A stretch of DNA of 64,000 nt from Nitrosarchaeum sp. (GCA_965223865.1 OZ245020.1:704001-768000); one strand, 5' to 3'. Counted from the first letter of the stretch, positions 33,201-43,187 are shown. The notes: generated by a model from the sequence alone, not told the origin. Numbers and translations: made by a program.

Positions 33201-33463
33201 CTTTAGCATTACAAAAGATAGAAAAGGATGAGGACAGAACAGATCTGATAGTCTATAGTTTTGATACTGAAAAGTCAATTAGTGTGGAAATGGAATCAAC
33301 TAGTGAACTATTGAGTCATCCAGAACACGCTATATACAACATGAGAAAATGGAAAAAGATGGGATTTGACATGTGTCATGTGTGGTCGTCCAGTAAGAAA
33401 CTTCAAGAGATTTATGACAAGCAGATTGACGATACTGAAAATGTCAAGGTGTTTGTTGTTTAA
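30299..33463 (+). CDS. VirD4/TrwB/HerA-FtsK superfamily ATPase with C-terminal wHTH domain
   Basis: RHIYCVGGTGAGKT Walker A, LDPKGD, INPL, LALDEFQ Walker B, RSYHLGLLLAHQ. True start uncertain (alternative ATG 30282 would need a frameshift at about 30380). Confidence 0.85.
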   Translation: MGTKYWSLSNIQKQRGQMDKTWEFLGILDKSTISCCMVIVPITTDVKQAILAASNISGQSSKNPYNNPIRSFEVWWDKSQKQLQIVLCSHTREDLEKFKMSFNVMYPNTSFVNLNRITPKWYHPTKIQYQTFDVSTYHGHYSTALDKTNSHHIITRIANTIQLSDKAWIQFVFAPYNFTPYLKLHLSRLNQKIKTVTTKKYRTWIEELQNKKPYENPENGLDFYNHYKELQSNTSQKMQDSHVMMSIRGLVQSENNNNLPESISSFEDIKSNHDHLTTYNYNYSKFYNIKSNRAGCPIRINNTKKRFQRISIFELRLLPSPRKYLERAIKDYFEQSIIFGEYKTRKPLPFLILNPSELSLFIHLPNPTITKNLQITRNVSLPSKQTSKIGLNIGYFNKIEAKNQEIYGDLVKSTDNDCAVISPEDFSRHIYCVGGTGAGKTTLIRQIAKHLEISNLNETFHNSFIYLDPKGDDSLKFIQQCNEESIQNNNVHFLDPIETNFSINPLELPKYKPDERQQVVSRYVGYFMEILKEWYNQQQSFVQMERIFRVLLFYMYLNNDAPTFLDMYDIIIHLQEEQEKFLQIMFKALGMPGDELKQALTSIATLRPESFTPLLNRVEQFATDPILKKVFCVRHGTVKFEDLIKPGQYTIVRISSLHIPHHVQPLAIQAFVIKLWFTIQERDARIENEKDRNYVILALDEFQIVKDLQVLPMILSQARSYHLGLLLAHQTTAQISESLLEEITGNCGTQLAGRISGKDASKLANIWDPKFSKEIQQQLASQEDFHWTIKMRASAGQEQPTPLQFWLHNPPELRLKDEKLREFIINQYNLYGYGKIEENNDTFEPLLQKQQLRKNKWLRYITVDLPESKQHWQIMLMLYNEKSLQLTEITEKLGAKTRDDVVLILKKMVKDSLLKADNSTRNTKYSLSKKTIKNYFTFDPKLIGTAEDIPQLTEKTVKSYLDMGLFVTLALQKIEKDEDRTDLIVYSFDTEKSISVEMESTSELLSHPEHAIYNMRKWKKMGFDMCHVWSSSKKLQEIYDKQIDDTENVKVFVV

Positions 33464-33765
33464 AGATCAAGATCTTTTAGTGGATTGATAAAGTCCTCTT
33501 CATCGTTAGATCTTATCTTCTCTTCAATTACAATTGATTTTTCATCCTCATTGGGTTGATATGATTGAACTTTGCTTAATTCAGTTTTTGTAAATTGTGG
33601 ATTGTGTTTTTTCATTACAATCAACGAATCATCTACAAGCTCAACTAAAAGATAATCATCTTGTCTTAGATTTAATTTCTTAACGATTTCAGAAGGAATA
33701 CTAACACAATATGTTGTGCCGCCTTCAATCCAAACATTCCTAATACTTTGAAATTTACTCATCAA
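33460..33765 (-). CDS. AbrB/MazE/SpoVT-family DNA-binding protein
   Basis: TYCVSIPSEIVKKLNLRQDDYLLV swapped-hairpin motif. Confidence 0.8.
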   Translation of the reverse strand: MMSKFQSIRNVWIEGGTTYCVSIPSEIVKKLNLRQDDYLLVELVDDSLIVMKKHNPQFTKTELSKVQSYQPNEDEKSIVIEEKIRSNDEEDFINPLKDLDL

Positions 33766-33996
33766 GATTAATCTTAGATTCTGATTTAACTCTGGATATT
33801 CCTGATATTCCTGAGACTCCAGATACTCCTGAAAAGAAATTCATGTATAATTATTCAAATTGGCCCCATTTTAGGCACGAATTTGGACCAAAATCATCAA
33901 TTTATGGTTCATTGACATGGTTCATAGAATAGTTCGCAATTATACTATAACATAATAATCTGTAATCATAATTTTTAATCCTCTAATCCTAAAGAA

Positions 33997-34018
33997 GTGA
34001 ATCATCTCATTGATTCAC
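33997..34018. promoter_or_regulatory. Palindromic operator GTGAATCA-N6-TGATTCAC
   Basis: Perfect 8-bp inverted repeat ending 36 bp before ATG 34054. Confidence 0.45.
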
Positions 34019-34053
34019 ATACTTTAACAATCAGAAAATCTAATCATTTCTAA

Positions 34054-34197
34054 ATGATTGACCCTAAAAATCTACGTGTATGTATGGAGTGTGGAACTGT
34101 ATTTACCAAACTCACATCAGATAGAATATTTCTAAAATGTCCTAATTGTAACAGTCCAAGAAGAGAGAGGATAAATTTTGAACAATCAAAATCGTAA
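34054..34197 (+). CDS. 47-aa Zn-ribbon microprotein (not in ORF track)
   Basis: MIDPKNLRVCMECGTVF...KCPNCNSPR, two CxxC pairs. Confidence 0.65.
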   Translation: MIDPKNLRVCMECGTVFTKLTSDRIFLKCPNCNSPRRERINFEQSKS

Positions 34198-34390
34198 TTT
34201 ATCTTATAATTCACTGGTTCAATCATAGAATGTACCGATTTTGTTTTTAATCTCAGTATGATATTTCAAACATCTAACACGAATTCATATCAGACCATAG
34301 GCAGTCATCTTGTATAGGGTAACACCCTATACTATTTTCTCAAAATAATGTGGTATTAATACTCAAAATGACATCTTAAGATTGTATACC

Positions 34391-34549
34391 ATGTCATCTC
34401 AAAGAATAACTATAATGTTGGATTCAGAAGTATCTTCCAAACTACGAAACATACAATCAAAGATGATAAAATCATCTGATAAATCAGTTAGTTTCTCTAA
34501 AGTAATCAATAAAGTGTTAGAAGAGGGACTAAAACACTACAAATTATGA
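34391..34549 (+). CDS. 52-aa ribbon-helix-helix (CopG-like) protein (not in ORF track)
   Basis: RITIMLDSEVSSKLRNIQSK...VSFSKVINKVLEEGL. Confidence 0.7.
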   Translation: MSSQRITIMLDSEVSSKLRNIQSKMIKSSDKSVSFSKVINKVLEEGLKHYKL

Positions 34550-34721
34550 TGAGATCTCAAATGAACACTCATTAGAACAAATTCTCCTGTTAAATACATC
34601 TTCATATTCCCTACCACAATGAACACACTTTCTAAAGCTCATCTCCTTTTCTATAATTGATACAGATACTAAAAGATATTCTGATGTTGGCGGCATGGTA
34701 TCGATCAGAAATTATTATTAT

Positions 34722-35147
34722 CTATTTTGTTGATTCATAGTTTAGCGGTTTGATATTTTTAGAAAACTCATGTAGGAATTTATTGTATGACTCCATCGCA
34801 GACAGTCTCATGTTCAATTATTCCTTGAAGAGCTGATTTGACATATCCATCTGAAACGTGAAAAACTGAGAACCCACATCCGAATAGTTATCCAATATAC
34901 TGATTGTTTTCTCATCCATACCACAATTTCCAAACATCTTGTTCTCTATGGTATAACCAATATCGTAGATTTCCTCCAATAACTTCATGTATTCTCTTGA
35001 AAAATCAGAAAATGACTTGATATGTAGTGGCATCTGGGATTCTAGTGTCTTTACCATGTTTATGGTGTGTTTTTCCATGGTTTCTGAAAGTGATGATGAG
35101 GATGATTTTGATTCTGTCTCAGACAATGTATAAGATTTATTTTTCAA
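34722..35147 (-). pseudogene. Paralogue of 9368-9796 with an internal TAA
   Basis: Similarity continues past the stop at 34818-34820 (E*LNMRLSAMESYNKFLH vs EYAKIRVTAIKSFDNYVH). Confidence 0.65.
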
Positions 35148-35519
35148 ATATTTTAAGATACAAAATCAAACCCACGGATTGTTGTCCCAATTCTCTATGG
35201 GAGTATTACTGATTGATTCAGTATTTTTTATCCCTTCAAACAGGCACTCATCAGAACAATGTGTCAGCCATGGATAGTCCATCTCTTTGTCACAGTTGTG
35301 GCATTTCTCACCCATTATGGTGGAATTCAGTCTTTATTGATTTTAAGATATTCTACTCATTTCATCTGGTGGAAGTTATGAAAATTAGAAAGAATTCATC
35401 AAAGTTATGAAAGTTAAATTTCAGAAGTCTAAATTATTCTCTCTTTTCTGTCACTACATACAGTTTAGGTTTGTCTTGGTTACTTGTACCTAGGGACATA
35501 TTCCATAACAAATCATGGC

Positions 35520-35885
35520 TCATTCATCAGAGACATTTTTGATTAAATTCAGTATCTCCGATATGATCTTCTGGTGGTCGTTTCCCATATTGGTATGAAC
35601 CATCAAAAGGTACCTGTCATTTATTGGAAACGACATTCTTTTCATCTTTTCGTACTCTCCCATGGAATATCTGGTCTTTCCAATTCTATATTCAATGTTT
35701 TTTCTTGTGTCCCATCTCTGTACGGCATAAAAGTGGACCATCTTCAATTCGTCTTTTGTGAGTACAGGAGTCATACCTTTTCTATATCCTCCACAGATCT
35801 TCTCGCCATTCTTGGCCATAATTACGGCATACTGGATTGACTCATCTATGTTCATTATCTGTTCATAAAACTCATCAAGGTTCAC
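35520..35885 (-). CDS. Thaumarchaeal roadblock/profilin-like (DUF6659-type) protein
   Basis: IQYAVIM..GE..GGYRKG..P..IG..Y..EYEK..RMSFPI pattern; paralogue domain at 55691-56224. Confidence 0.7.
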   Translation of the reverse strand: MNLDEFYEQIMNIDESIQYAVIMAKNGEKICGGYRKGMTPVLTKDELKMVHFYAVQRWDTRKNIEYRIGKTRYSMGEYEKMKRMSFPINDRYLLMVHTNMGNDHQKIISEILNLIKNVSDE

Positions 35886-36322
35886 AGAATAGTTTGGGAA
35901 AGGTTGTTAAAATAAGATTCTTGTAACGATTATTTTTCTTGAAGAAATCTGTCAAAGTCCAAATGATTACCCCTATCTCTGAAATTTTCTCAGACTCGAG
36001 ATTCTAAACGAATCAAATCCACAAGATCTAAAACTTAATCGATTCTCTTAAAGAGAATCACAAGGGAATGTCATAGACTAATCCAGTATAACGTGATATC
36101 GTAAAATAAAATTTCTAGTTTAGGAGTGTCTCTTTTACTCCCAACAGAACTGTCTCTCGACCAAAGTCATCGTCGAGTTTTTGTTCATTTTGTATTAATC
36201 TTTGTTTCATGTCAATTATAGTATGTCACCATAACTATTAAACCACATCAATCTAGTTTTAGAAAAACCAAAATTCAAAATCAAGTATGTTCTGTCTTTT
36301 ATGATATTCTAGATATTATTTC

Positions 36323-36481
36323 ATGAAGATAAAATGTTCTCACTGTTCTAAAACAACTGATGTTACTCTTGATAGACTAGTCTTTGAAAACGAAGATGAA
36401 GAGGCATTTGTAACGTATTTGGAAGTAGAACTGTCTTCTTCCCAAACAAGATCGTATTTTCCAGAGGAGGAAAGAAAATGA
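36323..36481 (+). CDS. 52-aa CxxC microprotein (MKIKC family)
   Basis: MKIKCSHCSKTT...; overlaps the next ORF by ATGA. Confidence 0.5.
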   Translation: MKIKCSHCSKTTDVTLDRLVFENEDEEAFVTYLEVELSSSQTRSYFPEEERK

Positions 36482-36640
36482 GAATAAAATGTCCATGTTG
36501 TAACCATGTTTGCAGTATCTGAAGATGACATTATGCTAGACTATTCTGATGATGTGAATTATGGTGATTCTACAAAATATATTTGGGAGGAGTTGCCGTT
36601 GTTGAAATCAAGATTTTGTGTAACCTCAAAGAAAAATTAA
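36478..36640 (+). pseudogene. Frameshifted MKIKC-family microprotein
   Basis: MRIKCPCCNHV / AVSEDDIMLD...KYIWEELPLLKS aligns with 51587-51817. Confidence 0.5.
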
Positions 36641-36719
36641 ACATGAAACTAACAATAAAGGAGAATTTTTTTTGTATCAGTCATTAAATTAAAAAATTAA
36701 AAAAATGTGTTATGGATTG

Positions 36720-37256
36720 TTATTCCATCATATCTCCAAAGATTTCAATCTTTTCTGTACCTGCATAAAAGAAGATATCCATCTTGTCTCCTTCAATGTA
36801 GACATCATCCCATTCCTCACCATCAACTATCACCATAAACACATCCATGATTGACGAATCCAGATTTACAATTACATTTCCATCATCTTTTGCATCTATT
36901 GATAGTGTGGCTATTCCCGATTGTTTGTCCATCTCAGTATTTTGTACTGTAGCTCCAATTATCGAGTCGACTGAGACATCACCACTCTGTGCTGATGATG
37001 CTGTTGTCATAGGAGGTGATTTTGTACTTGTTGCTGCAGATTTACTGATCTCATTATCATTTGATGTTTCTGTTTGGTTTATCTCTGAGCATAATCTGTC
37101 TCCACAGACGACCCCCTTGGTAGCTGAGCCATATTTGCCGGTACTGGTTCCTTTGCTCTTTAGGGCTTCTGCATCTGAAATCATGTCTACTGAAGTTACT
37201 ATGATCATGGTTGCAAGAATTGCAGCCATAAAAGTAACAGAGAAAATACGTCTCAT
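36720..37256 (-). CDS. Secreted thaumarchaeal protein with VCGDRLC motif
   Basis: Signal peptide, YGSATKGVVCGDRLCSE, C-terminal VIVDGEE beta domain. Confidence 0.75.
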   Translation of the reverse strand: MRRIFSVTFMAAILATMIIVTSVDMISDAEALKSKGTSTGKYGSATKGVVCGDRLCSEINQTETSNDNEISKSAATSTKSPPMTTASSAQSGDVSVDSIIGATVQNTEMDKQSGIATLSIDAKDDGNVIVNLDSSIMDVFMVIVDGEEWDDVYIEGDKMDIFFYAGTEKIEIFGDMME

Positions 37257-37371
37257 AATCTCTGTTTCATATGGTATAATTTAAGCTGGATCACACCTTT
37301 TAGCAAAAAACAGGTTTTATTCAAAATTTAAATTAACGTAAATTATTTCTCAAACATATATTCTGATTAAA

Positions 37372-37580
37372 ATGAGTTGTAATGGTGTATGCAGGAATTT
37401 TAAAGCAACAAAACCAGGCAAAGGAAGCAGATATGAGAGCATGGTCAAAAGAGATGCCAGACATGCCAACTTTTTCTAAACTGGAATGGGCTTTATTGTC
37501 CATGCTGTAATATGAAATTGCGTTTGGCCTCAATATATGTCAAGATTAAAGAAAGGTCTATTCAGATAGTTAGGATTTAA
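37372..37580 (+). pseudogene. Thaumarchaeal CxxxC...CxxC...CPCC Zn-finger protein, frameshifted by a 2-nt duplication
   Basis: MSCNGVCRNFKATKPGKGSRYE / HGQKRCQTCQLFLNWNGLYCPCCNMKLR; paralogue at 52656. Confidence 0.7.
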
Positions 37581-37641
37581 TTAGAAAAAATCCAAAACCA
37601 ATAGTCTTTTTTTCTTTTTAAGAAATACTTGTTCTATTTTT

Positions 37642-40197
37642 GTGAAATCAAGGATATTTCTAACGGTCTTGTTGATACTTGGCAATATGACCATATTGCA
37701 TAACAATCAAACATATGCAGATGAAATTATTTTATTTGAAACCCTTCAAAGATCAGGCAGTGATGAGATATCAACAGACAATCTATACAAGGAAAGATGC
37801 TGGGTAAACGTACAAATCACAATAAAATCCTCACATCATAACATCTATCATAGAAACAATCCTGACAAGACATTTTATCCTGCAGATGCATTTGACTATG
37901 AGATAAATACATGGACTGAAGGTTGTCGTCACTTCCAACCTTGTCCGTTACAGTCAGAAAATTTGATTGGCGTTCCAAACGGTCCAGAATGCGAGATACA
38001 TGGGCATGATTCTGAAGACGACACAGTTGGTGGAACGTATGGAGCAGCATCTGACTCTGGTGTTGCAGTAATTCCTGCTGATTTTGATGATTCAGATTCT
38101 GCATCAATATCAAAGAAGGCTTCGGCTGAGCAATATGTCTGCAACAAGGTGGGAACAAAATGGGTCTGTGGGTGGCCCACAAGGACTGCAAGTGCAAGCT
38201 ACTCTCCAAATGTAATACAACCAAACATGGAAGTCACAATGGAAACTATAGGATATGAGTTTACTGAAGAAGCAGGATACACATCAAGAAACTTGGATGA
38301 ATTCTATTACGTTTGGGATGCAATCAATGTGGTTCACAATCCACATTATATGTTCAAAAATGATAGGGTTGGGACCATCTTTGTAGAATATGAAAAGATT
38401 CATGATCCGTTGGTTTTAGAGGATGAATTCTTTTGTGAATTTGCATTTTGTGTAAACACGATGGAGATATCAGGATTCTTGCCATGGACTGGAGAGTTTG
38501 ATTATGGTGGAGGAAACACTGTGTACAATGCGACTTCTTTAGAGGACATTGGAGAACACGAGATAAAGTACATTGCAAGACTGTACAATATAGCACCACA
38601 GATTGACGAGTTTATGCAAAGCATTGATGAGTTGGTGGTGGAGTACGAGCCAATCTATGACACATATGTATATCCCGTGCTGTCTGATGATGAAAAGTTA
38701 GCTATTCATGACAGGATAGGTGTTGCACTGCATTATTTTGGTTCTGAGAGTACGGATGAAAATCCAGATGATGAGATAGGTATTCATGAAGATAGACGTT
38801 CCAAAATAAATAATTATTTTTACTCTACTTGGGATGCAGACCCTTGGGAGTATGATCTGCTAGACGGCACTGTATCTGATACAGATTATTCTAATGATAT
38901 TCAATTAGTTTGGGATGAGGCACATGATGTTGGAATAATAACAAACGAATCACCTGTACAAAAATCTGAAGACATTGCAGATCAATTGATTCTGACTGAA
39001 TTTCCAGAAATAATTCCATTTGAGGTAGAACAACACGAGACTGCAAACTTTGTAAAGGCAGGATATGGCAAAATCAAGTTTGAATATCCAGGTTTGTATG
39101 ATGTTTTGGTGGATCCTGTACTGAACATTCCTAGGTTTGAAAATGCTACTGTGTTTGACACGTTGCAGTCATCATATTTTGCAGGACATAAAGTTACTCA
39201 TCTTACAAATACGGAATACATGTATCCTGAAAGTTTTTTCCATAATTCTCTGGGTGTAAAAGCAGTTGATTCAGAAGGAAATCAAGACAGTTCTATTGAA
39301 ATTATCCTAGAAATCATCCCAAGACTAGACATTTCAGGCACACAATACATTGACGGATACATGCATGATAAAATTTTGTTTGACACGCAAGATGATGGAT
39401 TCTCCCAGATAATTACCGGTCTAGACATTGACAAAAATCCAATTGCTATAGTCAATGGACATGACATTTACACTTTGGATGAGATTGAAAAATCTGGTTT
39501 TGGTTCTACATCCATAGACAAAACTAGACGAATCCTGTCATCATTTACACAATATGACATGATAGCAGATCAAACGTTTTCAAATGATGATGTGACTGAT
39601 GTTTCAAACAAGTATCTGTTGGACACTCAAGACGCAATACTGCCAATCCCATTGACAACTGGTTTGGATGCACTATCGCCATTTACCATATCAATTACGG
39701 CAAATAATGGAATCGATGAAATCACAAACACATTTGATCAGACGTGGTATGATTTCTCTATAGATTATTCATATGAGATAAACATGAATGATGATAATAT
39801 ACTAGACATCAAAAGAGATCCTGCAAATCCTAGGGTTTTGCTGTATCAATACGATGATAATTTTGGAAAAATAAAATCATTGAAGATAAATGATGTTACA
39901 ATTACTGAAGACAATTTACCAAAATGCTTTAAAATAAAATCACCAAACACTTGTGTAATCTCAGTACCACAAGAACATCAATTAGACGAGCTAAATATTG
40001 TCGCAATCAACATTTGGAATGGAAAAGCATCTACAATTTTGCCAGAAATTGATGAAACACAACTAAATCCACAACCGCCTGATGCAGAACATTTGATATT
40101 TGATGGAGTGCTAGAATCATGGATAGTCATAGTTTTAGTATTTTTGCTGATGGTTCTTGCAATATTTTGGATTGTCAAAAGGATCTATGATGAATAG
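37642..40197 (+). CDS. Large acidic surface protein (signal peptide, C-terminal TM anchor); backbone gene A
   Basis: 851 aa, Cys-rich N-terminus, D/E-rich, C-terminal TM followed by KR; paralogue at 47879-50441. Confidence 0.85.
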   Translation: MKSRIFLTVLLILGNMTILHNNQTYADEIILFETLQRSGSDEISTDNLYKERCWVNVQITIKSSHHNIYHRNNPDKTFYPADAFDYEINTWTEGCRHFQPCPLQSENLIGVPNGPECEIHGHDSEDDTVGGTYGAASDSGVAVIPADFDDSDSASISKKASAEQYVCNKVGTKWVCGWPTRTASASYSPNVIQPNMEVTMETIGYEFTEEAGYTSRNLDEFYYVWDAINVVHNPHYMFKNDRVGTIFVEYEKIHDPLVLEDEFFCEFAFCVNTMEISGFLPWTGEFDYGGGNTVYNATSLEDIGEHEIKYIARLYNIAPQIDEFMQSIDELVVEYEPIYDTYVYPVLSDDEKLAIHDRIGVALHYFGSESTDENPDDEIGIHEDRRSKINNYFYSTWDADPWEYDLLDGTVSDTDYSNDIQLVWDEAHDVGIITNESPVQKSEDIADQLILTEFPEIIPFEVEQHETANFVKAGYGKIKFEYPGLYDVLVDPVLNIPRFENATVFDTLQSSYFAGHKVTHLTNTEYMYPESFFHNSLGVKAVDSEGNQDSSIEIILEIIPRLDISGTQYIDGYMHDKILFDTQDDGFSQIITGLDIDKNPIAIVNGHDIYTLDEIEKSGFGSTSIDKTRRILSSFTQYDMIADQTFSNDDVTDVSNKYLLDTQDAILPIPLTTGLDALSPFTISITANNGIDEITNTFDQTWYDFSIDYSYEINMNDDNILDIKRDPANPRVLLYQYDDNFGKIKSLKINDVTITEDNLPKCFKIKSPNTCVISVPQEHQLDELNIVAINIWNGKASTILPEIDETQLNPQPPDAEHLIFDGVLESWIVIVLVFLLMVLAIFWIVKRIYDE

Positions 40198-40261
40198 TGC
40201 ATTGTTACTTGTGTTTTTTATTATTGATACAGATTAAAAAAAAGATTAATGAAATTGCTGT

Positions 40262-40711
40262 TTATGCACTGCCTGCAATCACATTTCCCACTATCTGAAC
40301 CACATTGGGTTCATTTACCTGAACAGATAGAGTCAGATCTTTTTCAAATCTCAGTGGTGATGGAAATCCAACTGTAAAGTTGTCTACAATTCCGCCCTTG
40401 AGAAGAACTATTCCGTATGGGTTTTGTTGTGTAAGGCCCCAATTCTGTGCTGCAGCATAAGACAGGCTGGTTACATTTTTGCCATCAATATGGAGATTCA
40501 CAAAGGTCAGTCCGTTGGAGCCTCCTTGCTTTGTGACTGAGGCTGCCAAAAATACGCCTGGACCCTTGATTGACACCAAAGTGTACTTTCCTTTTTTTGG
40601 TCTAGCTTTGAGACCCTGGGTTCGTTTTGGATTGCATACTCCAGTAAGACAAGTCTTTTCTGGTTTGAGTGCTACGACTCTTGGGGTCTTTGTTCTGACT
40701 AGTTTTGCCAT
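40262..40711 (-). CDS. Hypothetical beta-rich cargo protein
   Basis: 149-aa ORF with TATA-like element upstream; family not recognised. Confidence 0.7.
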   Translation of the reverse strand: MAKLVRTKTPRVVALKPEKTCLTGVCNPKRTQGLKARPKKGKYTLVSIKGPGVFLAASVTKQGGSNGLTFVNLHIDGKNVTSLSYAAAQNWGLTQQNPYGIVLLKGGIVDNFTVGFPSPLRFEKDLTLSVQVNEPNVVQIVGNVIAGSA

Positions 40712-40808
40712 TGTGTCTTGAATTGAATTATGATATTTAAGTACAATTTTAGAATAGTTTTCTGTATGAGCTTTTTTCTCTGTTTTATTATTTTCAATAC
40801 TTTATCCT

Positions 40809-41000
40809 GTGAAAAAAATCAAGCTTCAACACAGAATATACCTTGGAAAAGACAGGAAAACAAGATATGTACAACATCGAGTGAACATTCCAGACAATAT
40901 CATTAGAAGAATAAACTGGACCAATGAAAGTCAAGTTATCGTGAAGATAAACACAAGGAAGAAGATCATAATTTTGGAGCTTAAGACCAACAACCACTAG
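40809..41000 (+). CDS. AbrB/MazE-like protein (copy 1)
   Basis: QHRVNIPDNIIRRINW motif; paralogue at 42990. Confidence 0.75.
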   Translation: MKKIKLQHRIYLGKDRKTRYVQHRVNIPDNIIRRINWTNESQVIVKINTRKKIIILELKTNNH

Positions 41001-41441
41001 TAGTTGTCTGATGACAGCCCCAAAAAGCTTGGTCAAGATAACATATGTCTAATAGTATTTAGATCATACTGATGATTCCTCAGTTTGTCTTTTATACAAA
41101 TTTTGTAACAATATGGATTGTAATTCAGTGGTAAGAGTCATTAATCGTTTACCAGACCATAGTAATTACGTCCCATAAGGATTGGGCATCTTGGCCCAAT
41201 TCCAAATTATAATTTCATGATCAACGAATGTAACTTTGTCTTTTCACACCATTCACTGATGATTTGTGTGAACAATTTCTTCTTGAATCTTTTATACAAA
41301 CTTTGCAAAGAGATATCATGAATCAATCTAATAATCTGACTTGGGAAGAAGTGCAAGGACTGTCTTGGATTTTCGTTGATGAAAACGAATAACCTGTTTT
41401 CTTCCTTTTTTTCCTTTTAAACAAATTACAATTATCTTTTT

Positions 41442-42071
41442 GTGAAAAAGATCAAGATCTATCTTCCGCTGTTTGTAATTATTATGACTACAATTGGTTT
41501 GACATTTGATGTGATAATTCCAAATGTGTATGCTTCGACTCTGCCTATCTACAATGAGCAGGTTTCGTATCAGAAAAATAATTTATGGCATCTTGGAAAG
41601 AATCTATCAATTGGTGATTCATATACTTACAAGATATGCGATCCTTCTGCCATACTGAACTATTCAGCTGAAAGCTACCATTACTTTACAAAAGATCTGG
41701 AACACAACTCTAGTCTATGTTATATTATAAAACTAGATTTTGTCAACCTGCTAAATTCAGATGAAAACCAGATTAACAGCGACATCTGGGTAGTTCAGGC
41801 GTCAATCAGTGACATTTTAGGCACGGATAACTCCATTAGACGCTCAGTATTTCATATTGATTCTGATAACTTTGAGGTTAGATCAGCTGACACCATCCAT
41901 CCAGACACAATAAGATACACTCAATCCTTGGAAAATACAATATTTTCAATTGTCAAATACACTGCATCTGAACCTAAATTTCTGCAAGAAGGATCATGGA
42001 TAATAGTAATTTTGGTGTTTTTGCTGATGATACTTGTGATATTTTGGATAATCAAAACGTATTGGAAATAA
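41442..42071 (+). CDS. Chimeric secreted protein: 5' part of backbone gene B fused to a gene-A-like TM tail
   Basis: First ~135 aa nearly identical to 47233 ORF; last 26 aa resemble the C-terminus of 37642-40197. Confidence 0.7.
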   Translation: MKKIKIYLPLFVIIMTTIGLTFDVIIPNVYASTLPIYNEQVSYQKNNLWHLGKNLSIGDSYTYKICDPSAILNYSAESYHYFTKDLEHNSSLCYIIKLDFVNLLNSDENQINSDIWVVQASISDILGTDNSIRRSVFHIDSDNFEVRSADTIHPDTIRYTQSLENTIFSIVKYTASEPKFLQEGSWIIVILVFLLMILVIFWIIKTYWK

Positions 42072-42127
42072 AACAGAACATCAAATAACTACAAAATCTT
42101 TAAGGATTCGTTTATCTATTATTTTAA

Positions 42128-42953
42128 GTGGTCAAAAAGATATCTGTCATATCATGGAATATTGAACATTTTAATGAAAAATAAAGATGATGAACGTATA
42201 AAAAAACATATCCAAGATGCCAATCCAGATATTTTGGCTGTTTTTGAAGTAGAAGGAAAACAAGTATTCCAAAAATTCATGGAACACTTTCCACAATATT
42301 CTTTTCATATTACTGAAGGTACTCAAACTCAAGAGATTCTACTCGGTGTAAGAGGAAATCTAACCTCATTTTTTACCCAAAGAACAGAATTCAAACACGG
42401 AAACGAGTTTTTGCGTCCTGGAACATTGCTTACTGTTCGTGTCGATATAGATAATGACAAACATGAAGATTACACATTCTTGTTTTTACACACAAAATCT
42501 AAGAGTGTGGCTATTGGACTTGGCACACGTGAGAAGCAATTTGATCATGCATTTAACTTGAAAAAAAAGTTAGATGAAGTTGATCCTAATCATGATACCA
42601 AATTTGTCATAGTAGGTGATCTTAATACTATGGGAATGAAATACGGAGATTTTAAGATTACAGCTGAAGATGAATTGAAGTTTCTCAAATCACAGGTATC
42701 TGAGAAAGACATGTCTTTTCTTGACAAGGATTATGGTTTTACATATACTACAAAAACAGGCAAAAAGAAAACGGATCTTGATCACGTGGTTGCTACAAAA
42801 AATATAAAATTCAGACAATGGGGTGAAAAGAAAGTCAAAGTATCAGGATGGAAAGAGTTTGATGAGGCAAATGATAAAGCTGGCTTAAGAGATTTTGTTG
42901 AAAAGGTTTCTGATCACAATTCATTGTATTTTGAGATAATCTATCAAGACTGA
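42128..42953 (+). pseudogene. Endonuclease/exonuclease/phosphatase (EEP) family protein, frameshifted near the N-terminus
   Basis: GTG 42128 gives KISVISWNIEHF, then a frameshift into NPDILAVFE...GDLN...LDHV...SDH. Confidence 0.75.
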
Positions 42954-42989
42954 ATTTCTATCTTTTATTATTAAGATTATTCTGTATTT

Positions 42990-43187
42990 GTGAAACAAGT
43001 CAAATTACAACACAGAACATATCTTGGAAAAGACAAGAAAACAAAATACATGCAGCACAGAATCAATATTCCAGATTATATCATTATAAAACTAAATTGG
43101 ACAACCGAAAATCAAGTCATTCTAAACATAGACACAAAGAAGAAAATTCTACTTTTGGAAACAAAGACTGAACAAACAGCTTTATGA
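42990..43187 (+). CDS. AbrB/MazE-like protein (copy 2)
   Basis: QHRINIPDYIIIKLNW; clear paralogue of 40809. Confidence 0.75.
   Translation: MKQVKLQHRTYLGKDKKTKYMQHRINIPDYIIIKLNWTTENQVILNIDTKKKILLLETKTEQTAL

Noticed and set aside
33793-33832. Short tandem repeats as a CRISPR array
   Set aside because: Degenerate 9-bp units without spacers; no cas genes and no repeat-spacer array seen anywhere in the window
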